The notes under the pieces are model-generated. The model had not been told where the DNA came from and did not search any database. It saw only the letters and a program-made list of their open reading frames with translations. Positions 29,209-39,258 of a stretch of 64,000 nucleotides of DNA are shown here, piece after piece; position 1 is the stretch's first letter, and every line of letters begins with the position of its first letter. This DNA is from Acidimicrobiia bacterium (GTDB lineage Bacteria; Actinomycetota; Acidimicrobiia; Spongiisociales; ZC4RG35). The position numbers and the translations under genes were made by a program. Location of the stretch: assembly GCA_041748855.1 (NCBI GenBank), contig JBGTCK010000017.1, forward strand, positions 8,124 to 72,123, written 5' to 3'.

Positions 29209-29479
29209 CCCAGATGCCACCCGACTGGCAATCCGTAGCGAGTAGAAGAACCCCCCGGCTCACCCGACCTCACTGAGATGCTTGGACGGCGTATCGGAGG
29301 GTTCTCTGCGTCCAGGGAATCGTTTGTGAATGTGACACCGCGGACGGACGGAACCCTACACGCCTGCAGAGGTGGGGGGTAACTCTGAAATCCCCTGCCC
29401 ATCCCTGCCCGTACCTGTAATCACCATGGAGATTCGGCATCCTGACCCGCATCGACTCGCTTCGTTCGCCGCACGGCTT

Positions 29480-29520
29480 AGTACCGACATCTCGGAACTG
29501 AGTACCGACATCTCGGAACT
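29480..29520. repeat. tandem duplication of a 21-bp unit (agtaccgacatctcggaactg)
   Basis: Two adjacent near-identical copies read directly from the sequence. Confidence 0.8.
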
Positions 29521-29907
29521 AACGCTTGACAATGGCGTGACGTATTCGGTGGCCCACATCGGCATGTATGTGGTGCAGTCGCTCACTTTCATCGCCCGAT
29601 GGGCTTGCATTTCGACAGGAAAAGAATCTGCCAGGGTGAAGGATTGACCGATTGAGATTTTTTAATCAATGATTCTCGCCGAGAGCTACGAGGATGATCC
29701 AGATTGGCAAAGGCGTCCTATTAGGTAGGTAGGAGAATCGGGTGCCTCTGGCCCCGTATTGCGTCGGCCCTAGAGGACCGGGAGACCGGTGCCCAGGCGA
29801 ACTCTGCGATGAGGGGAAGGAAGCAGGCTGGCATGAACAAGTCCGCTGCACGCAGTTGTACTTGAATTCGTACACCTGAGTACCTAGATTCGTACCTAGG
29901 AGGCGTG

Positions 29908-31773
29908 TCATGGCGTGTCGTTTTTGGAAGCTGTTGCCTGTTGTTGGGAGGATTTGTCAGGTTCTGGATCACAACCCAGGTAGCCGTCGGGGCATCGGGG
30001 CCGATGAGGACAGGGGTCGAGTTCTGGTGGAGGGGCGACCCCGCCGTCTTCTCCGGTTTGCGTCCTAAAACCGGGGTCCCATCCCAGGCTCTCTCGTTGC
30101 CTGACGGCGGCTCCGTAGGTTCCGTACTCCCGAGCCAGGCGATCGAGATCCTCTACGTTTTGGATTGTGGCGACGATTCCATGTTCAGTCTCAGCGACGA
30201 GGTCACCTTCGATCAGTTTCCTGACGTGTCTTCCGACCGTGGCTGGACTGACTCCCATCTCCGTAGCAATCGCCCTCCGCGACGGCTGTGCACCTATCAT
30301 CAGAAGCTCAAGTATCCGCCACCCGTTCTTTCCAATGCCGTAGTGGTATGAGTATCGGTGCCAGTTCGTAATGTATTTGCCTCGGACGGGGCCTCTAAAG
30401 AGGTCGTGTCCGATTGGGAGCTGGGGGTGTTGCAATACCTGAACGACTCCCCCATCCAAAGTAGGTGTGGACTCGTTCAGATCTTGCAATGCTGTTTGAG
30501 GTATCTGCAGTCTCCACCTGCTGGGTCGTTGTATCGAGTCACCCTTAAATAGAAGTTGGACCCATCCCCTGTGTTGCAACTCCTTTAGAGCTGTCATGAC
30601 AGTTTCGCTGCTTGAATAGCCGGCTTCCTGTTTGATACCCCTTACTCCTTTGGCGAAGTTGCTGGGTCCACCGGTACGCATTGCGATGCGGATAAGTGCT
30701 TCGAGGACTGTGATTTGTCGTTTTCCGGAGTGTCCTGACCACTTGAGGCTGTGTGCGACCACGCGGAGCTCGGTCAGATACTCCATCGCTTCTTCTCGGT
30801 TGTTGAAGGGGCTTTTCGATGGGCGAGGGTTCTGCGATCCTCTTTTCAGGCCACTGCGGATGGTGGGTTCTGCTTCAGTCCAGCTAAGTCCACACAAGGA
30901 AGCAGCCTCCTCGAGGTAGTGCCAGAAGATGTCTTCGTCTAGCCCGCCCTTTCCAACCAGTTCCCCGAGGGCACAAGAGGAGACAAAGAGCTGCTGGTTC
31001 CGCGTTCCCCTTTTTGCAGTCGCTGTCTTCTCGTACTCCCCTGCCACCGCAGCCCATACATATGGAGTGACTCCTTGAGGGGCGGGGAGGGCCTGCAGGT
31101 CGGCCACTAGGCCCTCGGTGAGCGCTGAGGGAAGTTCGGGGATCCTTCGATCAATATTTGTGGTCCACTCATAGACCGACCCGCTGACGTGGCGGCTTGG
31201 AGGCGCCGCAACATACCCGCCCCTCCCCCTCACGTCGATACCGGGAAAGCCATCGAGCACCGGCAGCGAGTTCCCGACTCGCCAGCCGTCAGCTCGAAAG
31301 TAGAGGTGGCGGCCACCTCCACCTGTCTGAACTTCGGCGGTCTCCGGCCAGGTGCCATAGGTCTCGACAAAGTGTCGCTCTGAGTCGTCGGACCCATGGC
31401 GCGGATCGAAGTCGAGGACGACCAATTCTCCAGTTGCTATCGCGAGATTGGAGTTCGGCGATCCCTTGAACACCTGGCGCATCAAGTATGCGTTGGAACT
31501 GGCGGCCTTACGCCATCCTCTCCGCCGGGGGTGTTTCCCCGGGCTCTCGCACTTGGAACCTCTCGGACACTCACATATCAAAGCTCCGTCGCTTTGGACG
31601 ACGCCGAACAGCATCACCATTCGCATGCTGAGGCGCGAGTACTGGTCAATCGCTGCGATGGTGGAAGTCAGATGATTGTCGTCGGGTGGCTTGCTCGTTT
31701 CACTCATAGCTCGAACAGTGCACCAAGCGGCGCGTATACTCCAGTAGACGAGCGTTACTTGACCGTGACGCAT
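29908..31773 (-). CDS. bifunctional DNA primase/polymerase (Prim-Pol) replication protein with C-terminal wHTH
   Basis: Prim-Pol N-terminal domain (LFGVVQSDGALICECPRGSKCESPGKHPRRRGW...DVRGRGGYVAAPPS); C-terminal MarR-like RRAIATEMGVSPATVGRHVRKL; gene GC content is visibly lower than the surroundings. Confidence 0.75.
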   Translation of the reverse strand: MRHGQVTLVYWSIRAAWCTVRAMSETSKPPDDNHLTSTIAAIDQYSRLSMRMVMLFGVVQSDGALICECPRGSKCESPGKHPRRRGWRKAASSNAYLMRQVFKGSPNSNLAIATGELVVLDFDPRHGSDDSERHFVETYGTWPETAEVQTGGGGRHLYFRADGWRVGNSLPVLDGFPGIDVRGRGGYVAAPPSRHVSGSVYEWTTNIDRRIPELPSALTEGLVADLQALPAPQGVTPYVWAAVAGEYEKTATAKRGTRNQQLFVSSCALGELVGKGGLDEDIFWHYLEEAASLCGLSWTEAEPTIRSGLKRGSQNPRPSKSPFNNREEAMEYLTELRVVAHSLKWSGHSGKRQITVLEALIRIAMRTGGPSNFAKGVRGIKQEAGYSSSETVMTALKELQHRGWVQLLFKGDSIQRPSRWRLQIPQTALQDLNESTPTLDGGVVQVLQHPQLPIGHDLFRGPVRGKYITNWHRYSYHYGIGKNGWRILELLMIGAQPSRRAIATEMGVSPATVGRHVRKLIEGDLVAETEHGIVATIQNVEDLDRLAREYGTYGAAVRQRESLGWDPGFRTQTGEDGGVAPPPELDPCPHRPRCPDGYLGCDPEPDKSSQQQATASKNDTP

Positions 31774-31900
31774 TGCGCGGGAACAATTTTTCGTCTTGGG
31801 GACCCGCCTTGATCAGAGTGAACCCTGTCCCCGAGAACGGTGCGGGGTCGACGAGGTTTGAAAACAATGAACGCAAACGAGCGTGATATGAAAGGCCCCC

Positions 31901-32800
31901 ATGGACCCGTTCTTGAGCCGAATCATCGGACTTGTTGCAACGCCGGTGCCGGTGAACGCCACGTCATACCAACTCCCCACCGAGGTGAAACTTGAGGAGA
32001 CCCTCGACGGCTGGGTGCTCGCCTGGCGTCGCGGCGGTCGGCGGAAGCAAGTCGGCGCCAGCAACGAACAATTGCTAGCCGAGTTCATGTCTCTGCAGGA
32101 CTCCGAGCCGGACCAAATCGCCGAGTTCGCATCTGAGTGGGGAGCCCTGCAACTCTGTAAACACGGCAAACCCCAGTCTCATTTACCTTGGCGTCTTTGG
32201 ACCGAACTCGACGAATTAGAAGCTGCACCCTGCGATGTGAACCGGGCCTATCCCGGAGGATGGAGACGCGAACCAATCTCTCGGTGGAATCACTATTCGT
32301 CGCAGGCAGGAGCCATCCGTCGCCTGGGGCGCAACCTAAGCTCCGGGAACTCGATCTCAATTGTGGATCTCGAACCCATGGAAGATCTATTTCCGCCCTA
32401 CTTCCTCGACCGGACAATTCCCGGAATTAGCGAACCGATCTCCGAGCCACCTGAATTCACCCGGCAGGATCATGAGAGGGTCCTGGCGACCGCTCTCCAC
32501 AGTTGGTTAGGTATGGGCGATGTCGGTTTCCATGTGAATTGGCGAGAGGGCAAGAGCTCAGTTCAATTCGGTGGTACCGGACTGTTCGGAGCTCTAGCCC
32601 TCCAACTGACACTCGTCTGCACCGGTGCCGGCGCGCTCTTCTTGTGTTCCGAATGCAGACTGCCCTACATCCCCGAACAGCAACCTCGCTCAGGTGAAAG
32701 GAACTACTGCCTCGACTGCCGCGATAAAGGCATACCTGCGAGAAACCGCCAGCGTGCACTACGCGCCCGACTTCGCGCTGAACGAAAATCTGAGATGTAA
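31901..32800 (+). CDS. hypothetical protein with C-terminal Cys4 zinc ribbon
   Basis: CSECRLPY...NYCLDCRDKG; divergent from the prim-pol gene. Confidence 0.4.
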   Translation: MDPFLSRIIGLVATPVPVNATSYQLPTEVKLEETLDGWVLAWRRGGRRKQVGASNEQLLAEFMSLQDSEPDQIAEFASEWGALQLCKHGKPQSHLPWRLWTELDELEAAPCDVNRAYPGGWRREPISRWNHYSSQAGAIRRLGRNLSSGNSISIVDLEPMEDLFPPYFLDRTIPGISEPISEPPEFTRQDHERVLATALHSWLGMGDVGFHVNWREGKSSVQFGGTGLFGALALQLTLVCTGAGALFLCSECRLPYIPEQQPRSGERNYCLDCRDKGIPARNRQRALRARLRAERKSEM

Positions 32801-32954
32801 CGCTCAAGTCACGGTCAACACCTGGACTTCTGCGCTTCGGTTGGCCACAGTGACCTCGGAAGGCGTAACACAGAGACGAGGAAAATTGAGCAACCGAACT
32901 ACAGGAGCGACGATCCCGCCGGAAACCGAGGATGTGCCGCTAGATCCAGACACG

Positions 32955-33188
32955 ATGCTGGCCGACTGGCTTCGGCATACCAGTGCACTAACCGTGCCAG
33001 TCTCCGCAGCAGCGGAGATCCTCGGAATCGGACGCACCACCGCGTATGAGTCAGCAAAGAGGGGTGAGATCCCATCGCTGCGACTAGGACGGCGGCTGGT
33101 GGTGCCCGTCGAGGGGCTCCGCGCGATGCTCGGTGTCCGGTTCGTTGGCCAGGGTGAGGTCGTCCCCAACCCAGAGCTGGGAGATTAA
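32955..33188 (+). CDS. xis: excisionase/Xis-like HTH DNA-binding protein
   Basis: LTVPVSAAAEILGIGRTTAYESAKRGEIPSLRLGRRLVVP is the canonical MerR-type excisionase HTH; start chosen at MLADW. Confidence 0.6.
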   Translation: MLADWLRHTSALTVPVSAAAEILGIGRTTAYESAKRGEIPSLRLGRRLVVPVEGLRAMLGVRFVGQGEVVPNPELGD

Positions 33189-33346
33189 AAAATGTCGCCA
33201 GCGAAAGACATCGTTTCGCGACCAATGGACTGGCTGTCACACGTTCCGTCAACCACTACCAGCAGAAACTGGGGATGTGTAGCCGGATGTGTAGCCATAG
33301 CCCGCCAAATCCGGCTCACGCAGTCCTCTCCGACCCAAGATGATCG

Positions 33347-34090
33347 GTGTCGGTCGTGACGGTGGACCAGGGACCAGCACGCCGTTCCGCGGAAGTAACG
33401 GACACGGCCACCCGCCTGAGCTTCGGTCCTCGTCTCTGTCGGGTTGAGGCCACCATTGTGGGCCCCAGGATGAAGCCGACGCCCCCGGGTTCTTCTGCAA
33501 TCCTGCGCTGGGCAAGGTATGCAGACGACTGGGAGACGCACCGAAGCCTCCCACTTGAACTAACCACCGGCGAACTCGGGGGCATCCTCCATGAGATCGA
33601 CGCCCAACTGACGCATGATCGCACACTCCTATCAGAGGAACAAGAGCACGAGCCTGAATGGCTTTCCGGCGGTTGGTATGACCTACTCGGTTTGGTTCAA
33701 GAAGTCCAGAGCCTGGTCGTGACAGCAAAGGAGTCGGAAGGTCAACTTGTTCCGATCTCCGTCGTGGTGCTTCCCTGGGACGACCCACTACTTCTCCCCG
33801 ATGACGGACCACAGAGCGAAGGTATCTGCGAGCAGACCGCCGATGACAGCGGATTCACCGTCAAGCTAAGTGAGTTCGCAACACCGTTCACGGTGATCCA
33901 TGCGTTTGCTCACATCCTGAACCCAGGAGACTCACAGCGGTTCGCCCACGACCGCGATTGGTTCTTCTGCTTCCTTGCCCTGGCGCTGAGGCGGTATGAG
34001 GGAGTCGAAATCAGCGGCTTGTTGGCTTCCCGAGATCCTGCTCGCCTTGTCCGCGCCCTCGAACGCCTGCCCGTCAACCGGTTCGGTTGA
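33347..34090 (+). CDS. hypothetical protein
   Basis: 247-aa ORF between xis and int. Confidence 0.35.
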   Translation: MSVVTVDQGPARRSAEVTDTATRLSFGPRLCRVEATIVGPRMKPTPPGSSAILRWARYADDWETHRSLPLELTTGELGGILHEIDAQLTHDRTLLSEEQEHEPEWLSGGWYDLLGLVQEVQSLVVTAKESEGQLVPISVVVLPWDDPLLLPDDGPQSEGICEQTADDSGFTVKLSEFATPFTVIHAFAHILNPGDSQRFAHDRDWFFCFLALALRRYEGVEISGLLASRDPARLVRALERLPVNRFG

Positions 34091-34322
34091 CCACGCCCAT
34101 GTCACGTGTACGTCCTCTCGACATGTCCAACATTTTGCAAAGAGCTCACCTCCGCGACCGCGGCCTAGCTAAGCCGAATAGCCGTCCTCTGATATCCAAC
34201 TTGAGGGAACCAGCGGGGAGCCTGTCACACGTCAGCCCAGCCGTTGCTGGCAGAAGCCGGGACCGTAGGGCCCGATCCTGTGAAGTCCTGCTCTCGAAGA
34301 TCCGTCGGACCCGGCATGATCG

Positions 34323-35492
34323 GTGCCGAGCATGACGGTATACAAACGATCCGGAGCGAAGTCTTGGTCCGTCCTAGTGGAATTCGGACGCGGCGCTGGC
34401 CACCGTCGTCGCGTTTATGAAGGAGGCTTCCGCACCAAACGTGAGGCGCTTGCGAGGGAAGTCGCGATCAAGGGAGACATGGCGAACGGCAGCTGGGTTG
34501 ACCTCTCAAACACGACCGTCGGCGACTACATGAAGAGCTGGCTTCATCAGCACGGCCACAACCTCAAGCCGACCACGGTCCAGTCCTATTCGGCAAACCT
34601 GAGGAATCATGTACTCCCCCAGCTCGGCCACATCCAACTCCAAGAACTCACCGCTGCACACCTTAACGACTTCTATGCCACGCTCCTCACCCAAGGACGA
34701 GTCAAGACCGGGTCTGACAAGGGCGGACCCCTGTCACCAACCACAGTCCGCTACATCGCCACCATCGTTGGAAAGAGCCTCCAAGACGCCCTCGAATCGG
34801 GTCTCGTTATCCGCAACGTCGCAGTCGCCGCACGCAAACCGCGCACGAGTCGAGAGGCGAACCAGAAAGTAAAGACCTGGTCCGGGCCTGAAGTGGCACG
34901 GTTCCTCGAATCCACATCCGAGGACCGACTTCACCCACTTTGGGTGCTCTACGCGACAACAGGACTCCGCCGGGGAGAAGCGCTAGGACTCCGATGGGAA
35001 GATATCGACCTCTCCCGCGGCCAGGCTTCCATACGCCACAACCTCGTAGTCGTGCGAGGCGGCCTCGAGTTCGGATCTCCGAAAAGTGGACGAGGCAGGC
35101 ACATCTCCTTGGCAACACAAACTGTCAACGCCCTCAGAGCATGGCGAGCTACTCAGGTAGCCGAAAAGCTGGCAATCGGCGCCGTATGGGCGGACCCACT
35201 AGGCCTTGTGTTTACACGCGAGGACGGATCGCCCATTCACCCAGACCGAGTCACCGACGCCTTCCGACGCAGCCAGAAGACCACTGAACTCCCAAAGATC
35301 ACGCTGCACCAGTTACGCCACACGTGGGCAACACTCGCCCTCCAAGCAGGCGTTCAGCCCAAGATCGTGAGTGAAAACCTGGGGCACTCTTCAATTCGCA
35401 TCACCATGGACATTTACAGCCATGTCTTACCCACAATGACATCTGACGCCGTCGCAAGGGTGGCCGATGCAATCTATGGGCAAGATTTATGA
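34323..35492 (+). CDS. int: tyrosine-type site-specific integrase
   Basis: N-terminal SAM-like domain; C-terminal catalytic LRHTWATLALQAGV...LGHSSIRITMDIYSHV (R..HxxR..Y). Confidence 0.9.
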   Translation: MPSMTVYKRSGAKSWSVLVEFGRGAGHRRRVYEGGFRTKREALAREVAIKGDMANGSWVDLSNTTVGDYMKSWLHQHGHNLKPTTVQSYSANLRNHVLPQLGHIQLQELTAAHLNDFYATLLTQGRVKTGSDKGGPLSPTTVRYIATIVGKSLQDALESGLVIRNVAVAARKPRTSREANQKVKTWSGPEVARFLESTSEDRLHPLWVLYATTGLRRGEALGLRWEDIDLSRGQASIRHNLVVVRGGLEFGSPKSGRGRHISLATQTVNALRAWRATQVAEKLAIGAVWADPLGLVFTREDGSPIHPDRVTDAFRRSQKTTELPKITLHQLRHTWATLALQAGVQPKIVSENLGHSSIRITMDIYSHVLPTMTSDAVARVADAIYGQDL

Positions 35493-35776
35493 CCTCTGAG
35501 AGTTGGATTCCGCACGCATCACCGGGGCCGACCCGAAACGAAATTCGTGAAATGATCCTTGCCTATGTGGACGTTCCGAAAGCCATCGACCATTTCGCAG
35601 TTGAGGGCGAATTGGACACTTTCGATTTGTGGTGGTTCTTCGACGATCATCGAATAATGGCTAACGCAAACGCATGGCTCATGGCGATGCTATGGGAGGA
35701 CTCGTTGAGCGATCCTGAGGAAGAGCTTCTGGCTGATCCATCCTTTTGGGAGTGGTTCGACCATGGGCGCCGATAG
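35489..35776 (+). CDS. hypothetical small protein
   Basis: ATGA overlap with the int stop codon; 95 aa, acidic. Confidence 0.35.
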   Translation: MTSESWIPHASPGPTRNEIREMILAYVDVPKAIDHFAVEGELDTFDLWWFFDDHRIMANANAWLMAMLWEDSLSDPEEELLADPSFWEWFDHGRR

Positions 35777-35856
35777 ACTGTATTCCCAGCAACGAGCCAG
35801 ATGATTGACTCGGCCCGCTCATTTCAGACCCATCTCGTGTGGTGGGCGGTGGAGGC

Positions 35857-36246
35857 TCAGCCGTAACAACCAGCTGTCTCCATTCGGGCGTCGATGCGGC
35901 TCATCAGACTGCTTAGCCACCGCATCGCATCGAGCTGAGACTGATTGCCGTGAGCGTTATCTGCCATGTCGAACCAAGACTGGAGGTTGCTGCAGTCGTT
36001 CTCGGTGGCGACCCACCCGTCGATGTTCTGGAACACCTCCGGGACCACGAAAGTAGCCGTGCTAGGTGCAGGGGACGTTGGCACAATATTGGTATCTGGC
36101 GACTCGGAATCGTCGCCATCGAAGATGAGTGCAACGACCACGAGCACACCGATACCGACCAGTAGCAAACGCCGGGTCCGGTTCATCCTTGGACCTCCAC
36201 TCGACTGTCGGACGTGCTCGTCGAAATCTCTCTTATCGAAGCTCAT
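35857..36246 (-). CDS. membrane-anchored hypothetical protein
   Basis: Single TM helix RLLLVGIGVLVVVALIF. Confidence 0.35.
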   Translation of the reverse strand: MSFDKRDFDEHVRQSSGGPRMNRTRRLLLVGIGVLVVVALIFDGDDSESPDTNIVPTSPAPSTATFVVPEVFQNIDGWVATENDCSNLQSWFDMADNAHGNQSQLDAMRWLSSLMSRIDARMETAGCYG

Positions 36247-36541
36247 GGCTGCATATCCGACTCTACCAACACCCCCTGGCAGTCAGGATTCAGCTACGCC
36301 CGGCTCGATTCGCCCGCTCCCGACGCCTATCTGAGCAGTAGCGGGCAACAGGTAACCAGCAGAGCGAGTACATATTCGCCGCCTGGCCAGCAACATGGGT
36401 CCGCCCGTTTCTCTTCCAGCGCACAACACGGAAGGCGACCAGACCGGGCGGCCAATCAGCACAGAATGAGCTCGCTCGATCCAGCTATCTGACGGACGCT
36501 CGTTTCCCCGGTGCAACTCGGTGCCCTACCAACCACGACTA

Positions 36542-38260
36542 CTAGAAGCCTGCGACGTCCGCCGTGAAATATTCGTCGGCGACCGAGCGGTCAATGACCA
36601 CCGGAGTGATCGCTCCACCAACGGGGATGACCGCCGTCGTGAGTTCGCCGGTAGAGAGGCGGTAGTGCCAGATCGGAGTAGTTCCTTCACCGTATGAATA
36701 CCCGGTGGCGAACAGCTGGTCGTTGTCAGGCGCCCACGTCACGAAATGGATCGGGCCGGACCCTGGATCGGCGAAGGTCGTCGTTACTCCCGACTCCCGG
36801 TCGAGTAGGAGAACCGAGGCGCCGTTGAACGCGTCCCCCAACGGGGCGACGATCGCCGCCAGATAGCGGCCATCGTCGGAGAAAGCGTTTTCGCCGAACC
36901 TCATACCCTCAGGTGCGTCGTACCGCTGAGAAGTCAGGTCGGAAGTGTTGGTGAGGTTGAGTATGTCGCAAGGTTCGCTGCACCAAGCAAGCGTGTCGCC
37001 GGAGACGTCGTGAGCAAAACCAGGTCCCCCTCCCAATAGCGTCCGGACTTCACCGGTAGTCCCATCCCATAGTTCGATTCCCTCGTCAGAAGACAACGCG
37101 AGACCACCGTCGATACCAAACACGGGAAGGGAATCAGAGTTCAGCTCCCTGGGTTCGGACGTGGTCTCGCCAGCCGAGTTCACCTGCCATACCGTTGGCC
37201 TGCCCAAGCCGACCCGACCTCCCGGATAATCGACCAGCCAGACGTTGGTCTCAGTGGCCGACGGAACGAACGCTGTGGCGGAACCCAGTGAAAGGCTTTG
37301 ACGGGTTGCAATATCGACTGCGTAGATGTTCTCCCAGCCAACCACCAACTTGTCGCCAATCCGGACCATTGAGAATGCCTCATCTCCAGGCCGCTGGCCC
37401 TCCACGAGACTCGCCGCCGCGCGCCTGGCATCAGGGTCGAAAGCAATCAGCCCCTCGAGTCCGTCGTCCAAGAGAAGGACCATCCCGGTCTCCTCTCCAA
37501 AGATTGGGCCATCAGCAGGCACTTGAGCAGCCAGGGTGGTGGTCGTTGGTGCGGTGGTGGCTACGGTGGTTGCCGGCCCGACGTTCTCGTCCTCTACCCA
37601 GACGACATAGCTGAGTGATGACCCTTTGTATTCGGCGGTCAGGCTCCAGCATCCAGAATCGGGAAAATCGAGTCCGACTACGGTCACCGACTCGTGCGTC
37701 GGCTGCGTCATGAAAGGATTGAATCCGGTTCCACCCGTCTGACTCGCTTCGAACTGCGGAGCGGTTCCACTGAGATGTTCGGCTGTGACAGTGAACTCGC
37801 CAGGGTCGTCCGCCGAGTAGTTCGCACTCCACCAAAACGTTCTCTCAGTAAGGGAGCCGTCAGCGCCTTTTGGTAGGTCACTCCAGACCTCGCCGCCAGG
37901 GTCGATCAGCGTCCAAAGGTCGGGTGTACCGAACCACACATCGTCATACACTTCCGGTGGATCGTCGGGAGCGGCGCTTGCAGGAGTGAAGGCGGCCTCT
38001 CCCGGCACCGTGACCGGGCACGACGCCGGCACACCAGCCACTGTCGGAGAGACGACAGGCCCATCGGGAGTCTCGCCCGGGGACCAGACAAGGGCGATCA
38101 CCACGAACCCCACCACCGTTACTGCTGCCAATGACCACGCCGAAACCAGACTGGTGCGCCGTCTTCGTGACAGAAGTCGGGTAAAAGCCGGTCGCTCTGC
38201 TTGGCGTCCGATCTCGGCGGCGTACTTCCCGGCGTGGGAGGCAATCTCCTCAAAGCTCAT
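36542..38260 (-). CDS. putative anti-sigma factor with extracytoplasmic beta-propeller-like domain
   Basis: Short cytoplasmic N-terminus, single TM helix (LVSAWSLAAVTVVGFVVIALV), then a large extracellular domain; directly downstream of an ECF sigma factor; start chosen at MSFEEIA. Confidence 0.5.
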   Translation of the reverse strand: MSFEEIASHAGKYAAEIGRQAERPAFTRLLSRRRRTSLVSAWSLAAVTVVGFVVIALVWSPGETPDGPVVSPTVAGVPASCPVTVPGEAAFTPASAAPDDPPEVYDDVWFGTPDLWTLIDPGGEVWSDLPKGADGSLTERTFWWSANYSADDPGEFTVTAEHLSGTAPQFEASQTGGTGFNPFMTQPTHESVTVVGLDFPDSGCWSLTAEYKGSSLSYVVWVEDENVGPATTVATTAPTTTTLAAQVPADGPIFGEETGMVLLLDDGLEGLIAFDPDARRAAASLVEGQRPGDEAFSMVRIGDKLVVGWENIYAVDIATRQSLSLGSATAFVPSATETNVWLVDYPGGRVGLGRPTVWQVNSAGETTSEPRELNSDSLPVFGIDGGLALSSDEGIELWDGTTGEVRTLLGGGPGFAHDVSGDTLAWCSEPCDILNLTNTSDLTSQRYDAPEGMRFGENAFSDDGRYLAAIVAPLGDAFNGASVLLLDRESGVTTTFADPGSGPIHFVTWAPDNDQLFATGYSYGEGTTPIWHYRLSTGELTTAVIPVGGAITPVVIDRSVADEYFTADVAGF

Positions 38261-38780
38261 GATCGACCAAACCCTTGGCTGCCAGTTCTCGGTGCAATCT
38301 CGCCCGCCCTTGATGAAGGAGCGCTTTGACTGTCCCCTCGGCGATACCCAGAGTGTTCGCAACCTCGGAGATGGAAAGATCCTCGATGTAGTGCAGGGCA
38401 ATCGCTTGGGCCTGTCGAGATGGAAGACGTCTCACTTCCCTCCAGAAGTCCTCAGACCCCAAATCGGCATGCTGAGTCGAGATCGCGCCCTCAGGTCCGA
38501 TTCTCAACCTTGCCCTAGTCTCGGACCGCAACCGGCGAAGCCACGAACGAGCAAGATTCATGGCCACCCGCCGTACCCAGCCATCAGGACGATCCATCTC
38601 CGACACCCGCGTCCAATCCCTGTGAGCACGGAGGAAAGCCTCCTGAGCAAGATCCTCCGCAACGCTGCGGCTACCACTCAAGGCGTAGACCAAGCCAACC
38701 ACCGCCGCGTAGTTCTCGCGATAAAGGACTTCGAACGAATCGGGGACCCGAACGTCAGCCACATCATCCGATTCGAACAT
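38250..38780 (-). CDS. ECF (sigma-70 family) RNA polymerase sigma factor
   Basis: Region 2 (LAQEAFLRAHRDW) and region 4 HTH (LSISEVANTLGIAEGTVKALLHQGRARL). Confidence 0.8.
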   Translation of the reverse strand: MFESDDVADVRVPDSFEVLYRENYAAVVGLVYALSGSRSVAEDLAQEAFLRAHRDWTRVSEMDRPDGWVRRVAMNLARSWLRRLRSETRARLRIGPEGAISTQHADLGSEDFWREVRRLPSRQAQAIALHYIEDLSISEVANTLGIAEGTVKALLHQGRARLHRELAAKGLVDHEL

Positions 38781-39258
38781 CCAACCTCACTAGTCCGAAG
38801 ACACATCACACACTAAGAACGCTTTGACCAGCTGGAAGGTTTAGACGAATCCTCACGAAACTCCATGCGACCCACTGAATCGTTGAGCTAGTGCCAGTAT
38901 TGCCCAGGACATCAGCGGGCCGTGGTGGTCTGCAACTACTGCGGAAGGGATATCCCAAAAGAGTACCCCGTTCCGCAACCTTGGACTGCCAGCGATAGGT
39001 ATCCCATGATCGGCTGTTGTGCTGGATTTTGGGAAACGGATGGCTACACACATGCCTACACCTGCCGTGAGAGTCTGTGCATCCTTGCTACGGAGCGAAA
39101 TTGGCCACGGGCACTGGCCTGAGTGGCATATGGTCGGATGTCACGCCCCGCCCGCTAGCTGCTAGTCACCGGGGTTCGCCGGGACGGGGATGATGGCGTC
39201 TGGTTTGATGAACGTGGCGTGAGCCGGGTCGTGGCAGCTGGCGCGGTCAGCCCGGCGA

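Noticed and set aside
35777-36541. Searched for a tRNA or att core immediately downstream of the integrase
   Set aside because: No tRNA-like T-arm (GTTCGA...) or repeat matching the 29.2-29.9 kb side was found by eye. The attachment site of this integrase remains unidentified rather than disproved.
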